Shown piece after piece: positions 1 through 8,655 of a DNA stretch of 64,000 nucleotides (position 1 is the stretch's first letter; every line of letters begins with the position of its first letter). Made by a program: the position numbers and the translations under genes. The stretch is from the IMG/VR virus record IMGVR_UViG_3300031555_007715. The stretch is one strand, 5' to 3'. The stretch is from a virus. Its lineage: Duplodnaviria; Heunggongvirae; Uroviricota; Caudoviricetes. The notes under the pieces are model-generated. The model worked only from the letters and a program-made list of their open reading frames with translations. It was not told the DNA's origin and ran no database searches.

Positions 1-600
1 AATAGGGTCTCCATGAGTTAACATATATTCACAGCATTCAGTTAAAAATTCTGAGAACTCTAATAATTTTGATTGAGGCAATGTAAATCGATAACCGTTA
101 TTAAACCATCCAAATAGCATAAATGTAAAATCAATTTTTATAGGGGCGTCTTCTTCATCATACTCAAGTAAACCATTATCTGTTTGAACGAAATAAATTT
201 TTGATTCTTTTTTCTGAATTTGCCATGATGTAGCCATTCCAAAAGGCAATATTTCTTTATTTAAGTATTCAAAAGTATGAAGTTCTCCGTTAACAGTATC
301 AGTTTCAACGTATATCCCATCATGTAATTTTTTACAAATATATGCTATATCGTCAAGAACAGAACATTCATCACAATGTTCTTCATATACTATTTCTGTG
401 TGCCAAGTACCTTTTTCTTTTCGTTGAGAGAGAATTGCCCAGTGATAGTATACTTTATAAACATCTTTCCATGTTTTGGGGGGATTGTTATTAAAGGAGT
501 GGCAGGATGATGTTCTTGGATAAAAACGAAAAACAAGTCTGGTTTCACGTCCATATTCATCTTCATTTAATATAAAATCAATATGTCTTTTCTTCCACAT
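1..600 (-). CDS. Hypothetical protein, truncated at window edge (MWKKRHIDFILNEDEYGRETRLVFRFYPR...)
   Basis: Manually read open frame from ATG at 600 to position 1 with no stop; GGAGGGG RBS upstream. Confidence 0.7.
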   Translation of the reverse strand, partial: MWKKRHIDFILNEDEYGRETRLVFRFYPRTSSCHSFNNNPPKTWKDVYKVYYHWAILSQRKEKGTWHTEIVYEEHCDECSVLDDIAYICKKLHDGIYVETDTVNGELHTFEYLNKEILPFGMATSWQIQKKESKIYFVQTDNGLLEYDEEDAPIKIDFTFMLFGWFNNGYRFTLPQSKLLEFSEFLTECCEYMLTHGDPI

Positions 601-611
601 ATATACCCCTC

Positions 612-1100
612 CTAACTTAATTTTTTATAACAATATTTTACAAAAGTTTCCCATTGTTCTTTATTCATACATATATCATAGGCTCTATGTGTTTTTCCTA
701 AGAGAATGTTTTTTAATGATGTTTTGTTTATTAGCCATATGCTTAAAATTTCATCATTACATATTTTTTCTTTTTCTACTTTAATATATCCCGAGTTTGT
801 TTGTTTTTGTTCTCCTGAATTGACTTTAATTGAAGATAATGCTTTCAAAAATCTTTCTTTTTCTTTTTTACCCAGCAAAATATCTGATAAACAATACTCT
901 TTATGACGTATTTTATAAAGTATTTCTGTAAATTTTTGCTTTGTATGGTTCAATAATGAACGCATGCCTGATTGTTTATTATAAAAATCAGATGATGAAA
1001 AAGAAATAAACACCATATCATCCATAGTTTTTACTATCATTGTAGTATCACAACCACAATCACAAGAGATAGTAAAGCTATTGTCTCCGATGCATATCAT
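612..1100 (-). CDS. Hypothetical protein
   Basis: 162-aa ORF with RBS, co-oriented with neighbours. Confidence 0.65.
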   Translation of the reverse strand: MICIGDNSFTISCDCGCDTTMIVKTMDDMVFISFSSSDFYNKQSGMRSLLNHTKQKFTEILYKIRHKEYCLSDILLGKKEKERFLKALSSIKVNSGEQKQTNSGYIKVEKEKICNDEILSIWLINKTSLKNILLGKTHRAYDICMNKEQWETFVKYCYKKLS

Positions 1101-1301
1101 ATAATCGCCCTCTTTTCTTTTTTACTATTTCCATTCTTCGCTTAAACTTAATCTCATCATACGGAGAGTACAAGGAGAATGGGTATATTGAGTCAGTAAT
1201 TGTTTTCGAATAGCTCGAATAATATCTTCCTCGTTATTTAATTCATCAACATTTTCTACAATTTTTGACATGTTTACCTTGTAGAAGGGACTATCATTTT
1301 C

Positions 1302-1658
1302 TTATAATCCGAGTTCTTCTATAATTGGCAGAATTTTTGATTCCAGTTCTGGATAAAATTTATAAAGAGTTTCTCTTGCATTCAAAGGCTTATCTGGTTT
1401 TGTATATCTTGCACATTCCCAATCAATAACCATTTGAATATAATCTTGTTTTGTATGTGCTTTTTGATTATGGTGTCTTGAATACTTTCTATGAATTTTT
1501 TGAACAGATTTTTTATTTAAGAACAACTTCAAAAAAACTTTGTCTAAATCATGGGTGTAGCCTCTTAATGTATTTTTTCCTAAAAGTTTTTTTTCTACTT
1601 TTAAAAATGCTTTTCTATGTTCTAATGTGTATTTAATTGAATTTAATCTGTTTTTCAA
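1302..1658 (-). CDS. Small HD-like metal-binding protein (DUF5662-like, common in phages/MGEs)
   Basis: H...HDLDK...HH...DWECAR motif pattern. Confidence 0.6.
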   Translation of the reverse strand: MKNRLNSIKYTLEHRKAFLKVEKKLLGKNTLRGYTHDLDKVFLKLFLNKKSVQKIHRKYSRHHNQKAHTKQDYIQMVIDWECARYTKPDKPLNARETLYKFYPELESKILPIIEELGL

Positions 1659-1909
1659 TTTTTGTCTCCTTTCATACTTACAAGATTTTCAATAAATATA
1701 TCGATACAACAAAAAATATATAAAAGAAAATACATTTCCCATATAAACAAAGCAGCAAAAACAACGTCCGATGGGGTTGCAAAACGAATACCATCCCCAT
1801 GTGTTGCAGCTTCTTCAAATTCACCTGTTTTATAAAATACAATTAGTGCAATAATTGCACCAATAATATGCGTAACCAAAACTATTATAGCCTTCATTTT
1901 CCAATCCAT
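1655..1909 (-). CDS. Small membrane protein
   Basis: 84 aa, two hydrophobic segments, 4-nt overlap with next gene. Confidence 0.65.
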   Translation of the reverse strand: MDWKMKAIIVLVTHIIGAIIALIVFYKTGEFEEAATHGDGIRFATPSDVVFAALFIWEMYFLLYIFCCIDIFIENLVSMKGDKN

Positions 1910-1939
1910 ATTATTTCCCCCTTTATTTGAAAGATAATG

Positions 1940-2110
1940 TTAGTTATCTATTGTATGTCCACGCTTTTCTAATTCTTTTTTAATTTTGTATCGTTCCATA
2001 CATAAAGAATCACTTTCACCTACTGACAATAAAAAACATGTAAGTTTTGTGTCAATTTCTTTTAATTTTCGTAAAAGAGTAGCATCATTAACAGCAGAAA
2101 GTTTATTCAT
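1940..2110 (-). CDS. Small hypothetical protein (56 aa, MNKLSAVNDATLLRKLKEID...)
   Basis: Manually read; GGAGGT RBS; below ORF-track cutoff. Confidence 0.55.
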   Translation of the reverse strand: MNKLSAVNDATLLRKLKEIDTKLTCFLLSVGESDSLCMERYKIKKELEKRGHTIDN

Positions 2111-2319
2111 AATATTACCTCCTATTTAAGAATAAAAGCCTTAATTTAATAGAAGTAAGTAACATATTTTAATTGTTACATGCCACAAAATCATCTTTAT
2201 ATTACATTATTATTATAATCGAAAATAGTGATTTCGTCAAGAATGATATATATATTGCAATTGACGAAAATCTTAATTTTTGGTATTATTATAATACAAT
2301 ATAAAAGGAGTTGATGTGA

Positions 2320-2760
2320 ATGAGAAAAATTTATTCTGATGAGAACTTCAAAAACAAATTTTTTGATTTAGTGAAGAGAAAAGATAATTATGATAATCAG
2401 CTATATGCTTTTTTTACATGGTTATTTGATAATCATTTTTTTGATAATATTGAAGATATATATATTCAAAATTGTCTGGATAATGATAATATATGTTTAC
2501 CTATTATGAAAAACAATGGTGTTGCTATAAAAGTTGATGCATGGGAAAAAATAGGAAGAATTGGGATAGACCCATTATCTTGTTTTAATAAATTATCAAG
2601 TTGTTCTATAATTGTTAATCTGCCTATTAAAAGCAAGAGGGAAGTTAAATCCATGTATAATCTATTAGATGTTCTTTTAGATAAGAGAAGTAATCGAAGA
2701 AAAGAATGGATTAAGGAAGCCCCTACTTTATGGTGTGGCGGATATAGAGTTTTTGAATAG
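2320..2760 (+). CDS. Hypothetical protein
   Basis: 146-aa ORF, AAGGAG RBS, TTGACG..TATTAT promoter-like sequence upstream. Confidence 0.7.
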   Translation: MRKIYSDENFKNKFFDLVKRKDNYDNQLYAFFTWLFDNHFFDNIEDIYIQNCLDNDNICLPIMKNNGVAIKVDAWEKIGRIGIDPLSCFNKLSSCSIIVNLPIKSKREVKSMYNLLDVLLDKRSNRRKEWIKEAPTLWCGGYRVFE

Positions 2761-2777
2761 ATGAAAGGGTTTTTAAT

Positions 2778-3200
2778 ATGAAGAATAAAAGACGCAAGGC
2801 TTATCAATGTAAATTAAATAAAGAAATAAAGATGGTTAACAAAGGTATAGAAAGCGATAGTCTTTGGAAAGGACGTTTTAAGTTTTTTCAACGGGAATCT
2901 CATTATGAAAATTTTGAGGATAATTCGGGTGGCATTTTATATGCAACAATAAGAGGATATGATAAAAAAACTGGGTATTATAAAGATTTTCGTATTGAGT
3001 ATGCTCCATATTTCTCGTTATTTACAGGAAAGCTTTGGTGGATTATCAATGATTTTATTGTAAATGATTGTTGTGTGTGGGAACAGGAACAAGACCCCAA
3101 AAAAGATACAACAAATTACATAAATATTGGTAACGATGTGGAAAAAATGTCAAGAAAAGAAAGCAATTTCTTTTTGACATATAAAAATTGGTCAAATTAG
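2778..3200 (+). CDS. Hypothetical protein
   Basis: 140-aa ORF in operon. Confidence 0.7.
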   Translation: MKNKRRKAYQCKLNKEIKMVNKGIESDSLWKGRFKFFQRESHYENFEDNSGGILYATIRGYDKKTGYYKDFRIEYAPYFSLFTGKLWWIINDFIVNDCCVWEQEQDPKKDTTNYINIGNDVEKMSRKESNFFLTYKNWSN

Positions 3201-3215
3201 AAAGGAAATAATAGT

Positions 3216-3764
3216 ATGGGATGGTTACATGTTATAGCAGAGGGAAAAGGATTTTATTTAAATCCCATTGAAAAAATAAGTGATGATTTTAATTTTCCTT
3301 CTAAAGATAATTTAGTAAAAATTGTTGTGGATAGAGATTTAAGTATAATTGGTGATTTAACTTTAATAGAAAGTATTACTTATTTGTTTATGGATAAATA
3401 TGATTTTAGTTATTTAAAAAATACTTATAAAGAAATATCTGCCAATAATGTAAAAAAATTTATAAATGATTATTTGGGCGAGGATTATTGTTATAGATAT
3501 ATTCTTGTTAAGGCTGTTGCGCCTCTTTTTTGTTTTGAATATGGATATCCAAGAGACAGTTTTACCAGTATAAACGATTATAATGGTGATAATATGATTT
3601 TTTGTTCTATTATATATCCGCCTAAAGAATACAATGAAAAACTTGCTTTATTAACAGAAGATATATTGGAAAAACAACTTCAAGAATTTATGTATAAATT
3701 AACTGGTGATGAGTCATATAAGAATCAAAAATTGGAGTTATGTGAATGTTATGCAAAGGATTAA
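3216..3764 (+). CDS. Hypothetical protein
   Basis: 182-aa ORF, AAAGGA RBS, followed by terminator. Confidence 0.7.
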   Translation: MGWLHVIAEGKGFYLNPIEKISDDFNFPSKDNLVKIVVDRDLSIIGDLTLIESITYLFMDKYDFSYLKNTYKEISANNVKKFINDYLGEDYCYRYILVKAVAPLFCFEYGYPRDSFTSINDYNGDNMIFCSIIYPPKEYNEKLALLTEDILEKQLQEFMYKLTGDESYKNQKLELCECYAKD

Positions 3765-3772
3765 AATGAATT

Positions 3773-3799
3773 AAGTCGAGCTGTCTGCTCGACTTTTTT
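3773..3799 (+). terminator. Rho-independent terminator
   Basis: AAGTCGAG/CTCGACTT stem followed by T run. Confidence 0.8.
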
Positions 3800-3800
3800 A

Positions 3801-3829
3801 TTGACCTGTATCATAATATGTGGTATAAT
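3801..3829 (+). promoter_or_regulatory. sigmaA promoter with extended -10
   Basis: TTGACC-17-TATAAT, TGTGG before -10; the same ATGTGGTATAAT-type extended -10 recurs in many intergenic regions. Confidence 0.75.
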
Positions 3830-3860
3830 ATAGTTACAAAAAAACAAAGGAGGTACTATT

Positions 3861-4457
3861 ATGACAACAAAGAAGAAAAAAATGTACATTGTAACAAATG
3901 CAACTATTTCAGGGAATTATACTCCGAGTTTATTTGCTAAAAAGGAAGATGCTCGTGACTGGTTTTATGAACTAGCGGTTAATGACCTTATTGACGCTTA
4001 TGATAGTGATATGATTGAAATTTTATGCAATCACGTTAAAAGTGTAGCACAAAATGTTCTTGAAAAGATTGTAACTTATCTATCTGATTTTGATAATGAT
4101 GGGGATGTTATGGCGGGAAAAGATTTAGGTGTAGACAAAAATGCATCTTATATCGCTAAAGGAAGAGAGATTATCGAAGAATTTAATTCTTTGATGAGAA
4201 TAAATGATATTCCATGGGAACTTGATTTCAAGTTCGATGATGCTTATGATTTAGTTGATGAGATTGATTGTTTGAGTGATGTTTTAGAGAATGAAGATAT
4301 TTGTCTTGAAACAATTATGGAAAAAAATAGGGAAAAGTTTTTAGAATATTTTTCTGATAGAATTTCTGGCTTAGAAGTAAGTGAAAATAATATTAGAATT
4401 GAATATTCTGATGATAATTTTAATGATATTGAGTTTTTTGAAACAAATGTAAACTAA
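3861..4457 (+). CDS. Acidic hypothetical protein
   Basis: 198-aa ORF, AAGGAGG RBS. Confidence 0.75.
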   Translation: MTTKKKKMYIVTNATISGNYTPSLFAKKEDARDWFYELAVNDLIDAYDSDMIEILCNHVKSVAQNVLEKIVTYLSDFDNDGDVMAGKDLGVDKNASYIAKGREIIEEFNSLMRINDIPWELDFKFDDAYDLVDEIDCLSDVLENEDICLETIMEKNREKFLEYFSDRISGLEVSENNIRIEYSDDNFNDIEFFETNVN

Positions 4458-4479
4458 ATAAAATAAAGCCAAGGCACAA

Positions 4480-5184
4480 TTAAGCGTCTTGGCTCTTTTT
4501 TATTCTTTTTTTTAACAATATTAAGCTTTTTTCAAGTAACTTTTTATTATTAGTTTTTTCTTTTATTTCTTCAATTTCACAATACCCCCACCAAGAGTCA
4601 TCGTAATTAGAAGCTGTTTCTTTCCATTCTTTTCCTAGCTCGGTTGTAAGTATTGAATAGCATATATAAGTATTATTACCTATTTTGATATCTCCCACAT
4701 ATTTCAAAGAATCCATTTCAGGTGATTCGAAACACATACACATGGAATCGAGAATAGGAAATGCATTTCTATTATTTGTTGGACAAATAGGCAAAGAATA
4801 GTTATCATAATTTATAAATAACATATCATCGCAATCGGCATGTTTACCTAATAATACAAAATACATATTATTATCTTCATCGGGAAATACATCATAAATA
4901 AATTTCATAACAAACCCGTAGTCCCAGCCGCCATAATGTTGATAGTCTTCACAGTGATTATCACAATAATCATAATCACAATTAGCGTCATGAATGCAAT
5001 TATGGCACTTTCTTTCATCAAATGTTGATGTTTTATCTTTAAGTAATTCCCATAGTTCATTTCTATTGTTTGCTATTCCTAAAAATGTATCAGAGTCGTT
5101 ACATTGTTCGCAATATAATTGCTCATAATTTAATTTTTCTTTTGATGCCAAAAGAGTACCCATATGTCCTTCGTAAATATACAT
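4480..5184 (-). CDS. Cys-rich hypothetical protein (possible Zn ribbon)
   Basis: CEQC and CHNCxxxxxCxxxxCxxxC clusters. Confidence 0.65.
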   Translation of the reverse strand: MYIYEGHMGTLLASKEKLNYEQLYCEQCNDSDTFLGIANNRNELWELLKDKTSTFDERKCHNCIHDANCDYDYCDNHCEDYQHYGGWDYGFVMKFIYDVFPDEDNNMYFVLLGKHADCDDMLFINYDNYSLPICPTNNRNAFPILDSMCMCFESPEMDSLKYVGDIKIGNNTYICYSILTTELGKEWKETASNYDDSWWGYCEIEEIKEKTNNKKLLEKSLILLKKRIKKSQDA

Positions 5185-5254
5185 ATTATTCTCCTTTCTA
5201 TGAGTGAATCAACAACTGATTACATTGTTTTTATAATCAGTTGTTGATAATAAA

Positions 5255-6034
5255 TTACTTTTTTAACTTTTCAATTTCTTCTTTTAATAATGCAATTTCT
5301 CTATCCTTCTCTTCTAAAAGAAGTGCCTGCTTATCGAGAATTGTTTCAGTCGCCTCTGTTAAGCTTAAAATCTTACTTTTGATTATTGTTATTGCGCCAG
5401 AAAGTTCAGGATAATTTTGTTTTCCGTAAGTGCATATTCCTGTTTTTCCGATAAAATAATCACGAGTTTCTTTTATATACTTAGGAATATTTTTCATGTT
5501 GTATAAATCTTCAACATTATGACTTCTATCTGCTAATTTTACAAGAAGGGCAAACTTATTCTTTTTGATGTTGTTGAAATATGAATTTAGCTCATATTCA
5601 TCTGCCCCAGTATGTTTACTAAGCAATTTTATCGTTTCTCCGACTATTGGTGGGAATCCATAATCTTGTTCATATTCAATTCCGCCTTTTGGAAAATATT
5701 CTTCTGCATCTTCTAATGTGTCATGTAAAAGGGCACATGTATACAAAATATCTAAGTCTTCATCGCTCATTTGAATATCAAGAGACATTAACGTTGAGCA
5801 TACTTTTAATACATGAAGAACATACGGCAAGTGAACCATTTGGCCATTTACTTCTACTTCCCCTTTTCGATATTGTCCATTATGCATTTTTCTTGCTAGG
5901 GGAAGTGCTTTTAATGTGTACTTAAATTTTCTGCCAGTTGCATAGCCCTTGACAAACAAATATGTTTTGCTATACAAATACTCCTCTTCTACATTGTAAC
6001 ATTCGACAATAGGACGTAATATTTTTTCACTCAT
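5255..6034 (-). CDS. HD-domain protein, RelA/SpoT-type (p)ppGpp hydrolase-like (Mesh1/SAH-like)
   Basis: H.GQ.RK, PY..H, ALLHDTLED, VKLADR.HN motifs; no synthetase domain. Confidence 0.8.
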   Translation of the reverse strand: MSEKILRPIVECYNVEEEYLYSKTYLFVKGYATGRKFKYTLKALPLARKMHNGQYRKGEVEVNGQMVHLPYVLHVLKVCSTLMSLDIQMSDEDLDILYTCALLHDTLEDAEEYFPKGGIEYEQDYGFPPIVGETIKLLSKHTGADEYELNSYFNNIKKNKFALLVKLADRSHNVEDLYNMKNIPKYIKETRDYFIGKTGICTYGKQNYPELSGAITIIKSKILSLTEATETILDKQALLLEEKDREIALLKEEIEKLKK

Positions 6035-6200
6035 AAGACAACACTCCTTTCAAATAGTAAAAATATAGTTAATTATATTGCGAAATATCATTTTTGTCAA
6101 TATAAAAAACAAAATTGTTTGAAAATTTAAGAGGAAATAATAATAGCACATTGTAGATGTGCTATTGTATATATAATAAGACTATGTCTTTATTTCTCGG

Positions 6201-6470
6201 TGCTTGGGTAAGGTTATTAGCCTTGATTTGAATTACGCTATCTCATCATTGGCTACTTTGCGGTCTTAAGGCAAGGAACCTAATTTTGACTTACAAAGTT
6301 CACTATACACTCGATAAGCTCTTTCATTATTTCTTTTTTCTCTATTTTATCTTTTGCCCTTCACAATCGATTTTTCGAGAGAAATAATGAAATTACATAA
6401 TGACCCGTAAAAGGTTTCGTATATTCGCATTTTGAAAGCAATTACCCTTTCAAAATGCACTTCCCAAGCA
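6201..6470. ncRNA. Candidate structured RNA of about 270 nt, family not recognised
   Basis: Ends complementary (TGCTTGGG/CCCAAGCA); internal stems of 12 bp (6427-6438/6447-6458) and 13 bp (6322-6334/6380-6392); no ORF. Confidence 0.45.
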
Positions 6471-6495
6471 TAATAATTTATTATTTATATTATTT

Positions 6496-7071
6496 TCAAA
6501 TATAAATCCAATCTAATTTTTCATCATAGCTTCTTCCGCCTTCAAAATCCACTATGCCAAAATAAATTACACATGGAAACTTATCGGGAATGTTATTAAA
6601 AATTCCACCCCTATCATAATATTCTTTTGTAGTTTCCAAGATTTCGCCAGTTCCTTCATCCCAGTTTCTTTCAAATCCAAAGTAGGCTTCATATTCTTCT
6701 TGACAATTAAAGAGGTGTTCTACTTTTTCAATAAATTTAATCATTTCATCTTTTGATTTAATGATGTTTAATGGATATATAGGAGAATAAGCATCACAAT
6801 TTCCTATCCAATGACAAGGAATAAAATTATTTTCAGAACAGCCTTCTAATTTTGTGCGAAGCAGACAATTCTCGTTGCTACTATGTATGCAACGATGACA
6901 ATCCTTAGAAAACTGATTATTGTTTTGGTTATTTCTACATTCTTCTGTTTGTATTACTTTTCCTTTTTCATCTATGTCATAAGCTTTTTGTAAACAATAA
7001 TTATCATTTACTTTAACAATATTTCTAAATGTATTAAGATAAAAGCTTCTGTTATTATCATTCATATCCAT
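6496..7071 (-). CDS. Cys-rich hypothetical protein
   Basis: 191-aa ORF, GGAGGTG RBS. Confidence 0.7.
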   Translation of the reverse strand: MDMNDNNRSFYLNTFRNIVKVNDNYCLQKAYDIDEKGKVIQTEECRNNQNNNQFSKDCHRCIHSSNENCLLRTKLEGCSENNFIPCHWIGNCDAYSPIYPLNIIKSKDEMIKFIEKVEHLFNCQEEYEAYFGFERNWDEGTGEILETTKEYYDRGGIFNNIPDKFPCVIYFGIVDFEGGRSYDEKLDWIYI

Positions 7072-7109
7072 ATATTCACCTCCAAAATAACATTAAAAAT
7101 TTATATTAA

Positions 7110-7508
7110 CTATTTTATGGCTTTAATGCAATAATATTGTCCCGTTGCTTTAAGTTGTAGTCTTTTATTTTCCATATGATTTTCTTTATTTATGTCTTCT
7201 AAAGCATATGGAAACTTAGAACTATCTACTTTAATTAAATAGAAATTTCTGATAAATCTACTTTTAATTTTCTTATTGAAAGCAACGTCATCTCTTCTAT
7301 ATGCATTAGACAAAATTTTTACCGCTTTTTTTCCTTCTTCTAAAGTAAAAACAGGAATAAATGTTCGTTTAAATCTGTCTTCTTTAACTTTTTCAGTATC
7401 AAAAGATAATAAAGCAGGCAGAAAAAAGTCTCCATATGCATAAATACCATGGCAATCAATTGTATTTTTTTGTTTATTTTTTTTCATATACCCGATTGCG
7501 TATCGCAT
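7110..7508 (-). CDS. Hypothetical basic protein
   Basis: ORF 7110-7544; start moved to ATG 7508 behind GGAG RBS. Confidence 0.65.
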   Translation of the reverse strand: MRYAIGYMKKNKQKNTIDCHGIYAYGDFFLPALLSFDTEKVKEDRFKRTFIPVFTLEEGKKAVKILSNAYRRDDVAFNKKIKSRFIRNFYLIKVDSSKFPYALEDINKENHMENKRLQLKATGQYYCIKAIK

Positions 7509-7620
7509 ATTACCAACTCCTTTCTTATAATAATATAATAACATATACCACTATTTCTGTCAATATTAATTTATATTTTAATTTTTCTTGTTCTGTTAAA
7601 TGTCTTCTTTTGAAAAATAA

Positions 7621-7654
7621 AAAACACTATTAAGTTTTTTCTTAATAGTGTTTT
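7621..7654. terminator. Terminator closing the tRNA operon
   Basis: 14-bp inverted repeat AAAACACTATTAAG/CTTAATAGTGTTTT. Confidence 0.75.
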
Positions 7655-7656
7655 GA

Positions 7657-7728
7657 AGCACGTAACGAGAATCGAACTCGCACCCCCTGCTTGGAAGGCA
7701 GATATCCTAGCCATTAGACCATACATGC
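7657..7728 (-). tRNA. tRNA-Gly (TCC)
   Basis: Cloverleaf, loop CT-TCC-AA, U73. Confidence 0.92.
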
Positions 7729-7732
7729 AAAA

Positions 7733-7804
7733 AGGCAATGATGGGATTCGAACCCATGATGCAGGTGTTGCAGACCTGCGCCTTAGCCACTTGGCGACAT
7801 TGCC
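7733..7804 (-). tRNA. tRNA-Cys (GCA)
   Basis: Cloverleaf, loop CT-GCA-AC, U73. Confidence 0.93.
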
Positions 7805-7826
7805 ATATTATTTTATTTCATGACTT

Positions 7827-7855
7827 ATTATATCATTTGAATATTAAATAGTCAA
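7827..7855 (-). promoter_or_regulatory. Internal sigmaA promoter for the last two tRNAs
   Basis: TTGACT-17-TATAAT with TG extension. Confidence 0.7.
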
Positions 7856-7879
7856 GAGATATTAGTTACTATATATAAG

Positions 7880-7953
7880 TCGGAACGGGGGGAATCGAAC
7901 CCCCGACCACCCGCTTATCAGACGGGCATTCTAAACCGCTGAACTACATTCCG
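7880..7953 (-). tRNA. tRNA-Ile (GAT)
   Basis: Cloverleaf, loop CT-GAT-AA, A73. Confidence 0.93.
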
Positions 7954-7956
7954 TTA

Positions 7957-8104
7957 AGCAAATGCTGTGGATTTGAACCACCTCTTTGATATTAGTCCTT
8001 TAACATGTCTAGAATATTAAATTATAATACCAAATTACATTCGTTCCTATCGACCTTAATAGAGGTTCTAGAATTTCTATTAAGATACATTGAATGAGCA
8101 TTGC
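7957..8104 (-). ncRNA. tRNA-like ncRNA (148 nt) with T-arm, acceptor-like stem and two enlarged arms
   Basis: GTGG-TTCAAAT-CCAC T-arm; GCAATGCT/AGCATTTGC closing stem with one bulge; internal stems with G-U pairs; 2-3 nt from flanking tRNAs. Confidence 0.55.
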
Positions 8105-8106
8105 AG

Positions 8107-8179
8107 TAGGGAAAAGGGGATTTGAACCCCTGACCACCCGCTTATCAGACGGGCATTCTAACCACTGAACTACTTCCCT
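8107..8179 (-). tRNA. tRNA-Ile (GAT)
   Basis: Cloverleaf, loop CT-GAT-AA. Confidence 0.93.
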
Positions 8180-8183
8180 AAAA

Positions 8184-8257
8184 TACCTGCAAAGGGACTT
8201 GAACCCTTAACCTTATGCTTATGAAACATATGCTCTCACCATTTGAGCTATACAGGC
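8184..8257 (-). tRNA. tRNA with CAT anticodon (elongator Met or Ile2; not initiator)
   Basis: Cloverleaf, loop TT-CAT-AA; lacks the three G-C pairs of initiator anticodon stems. Confidence 0.85.
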
Positions 8258-8263
8258 TTAATT

Positions 8264-8413
8264 AAAAATAAAGGAGAAAAACGGGATTGATGTTGTCTGT
8301 ATGACAGTTTATAAGACTGTTGCCTTACCATTTGGCTATTTCGCATTCTGCTGCAAAAATGGGAGTCGAACCCATATATCGATGTAATCAATACCTACAC
8401 AACCTTTATTTTT
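8264..8413 (-). tRNA. Circularly permuted tRNA-like gene, anticodon TAT (3' half 8351-8380 precedes 5' half 8304-8345)
   Basis: T-arm ATGGG-TTCGACT-CCCAT, then TTTTGCA-G, 5-nt spacer CAGAA, then TGCGAAA-TA-GCC..GGC D-arm and ACAGT-CTTATAA-ACTGT; acceptor halves pair 7/7; 11-bp flanking inverted repeat. Confidence 0.62.
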
Positions 8414-8417
8414 TAAG

Positions 8418-8490
8418 TGGCTGATGCAAGGGTCGAACTTGCTACGCAAGGATTTTCAGTCCTTCGCTCTACCTGTTGAGCTAATCAGCC
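8418..8490 (-). tRNA. tRNA-Phe (GAA)
   Basis: Cloverleaf, loop CT-GAA-AA. Confidence 0.93.
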
Positions 8491-8494
8491 ATAA

Positions 8495-8566
8495 AGCACG
8501 TAACGGGAATCGAACCCGCATCTCTTGCTTGGCAAGCAAGTATCCTAGCCTTTGGACTATACATGC
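8495..8566 (-). tRNA. tRNA-Gly (GCC)
   Basis: Cloverleaf, loop TT-GCC-AA, U73. Confidence 0.92.
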
Positions 8567-8578
8567 ATATTGTTTGAG

Positions 8579-8651
8579 TGGCTAGTGCAAGGGTCGAACT
8601 TGCTACGCAAGGATTTTCAGTCCTTCGCTCTACCTGTTGAGCTAACTAGCC
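8579..8651 (-). tRNA. tRNA-Phe (GAA)
   Basis: Near-identical copy of 8418-8490 with compensatory change in the acceptor stem. Confidence 0.93.
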
Positions 8652-8655
8652 ATAA

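Noticed and set aside
7957-8104. Amber suppressor tRNA or TAG recoding (UUCUAGA loops)
   Set aside because: The 7-nt loop centres on UAG rather than CUA, there is no normal D-arm, and genes in the window read fully in code 11 with several ending in TAG.
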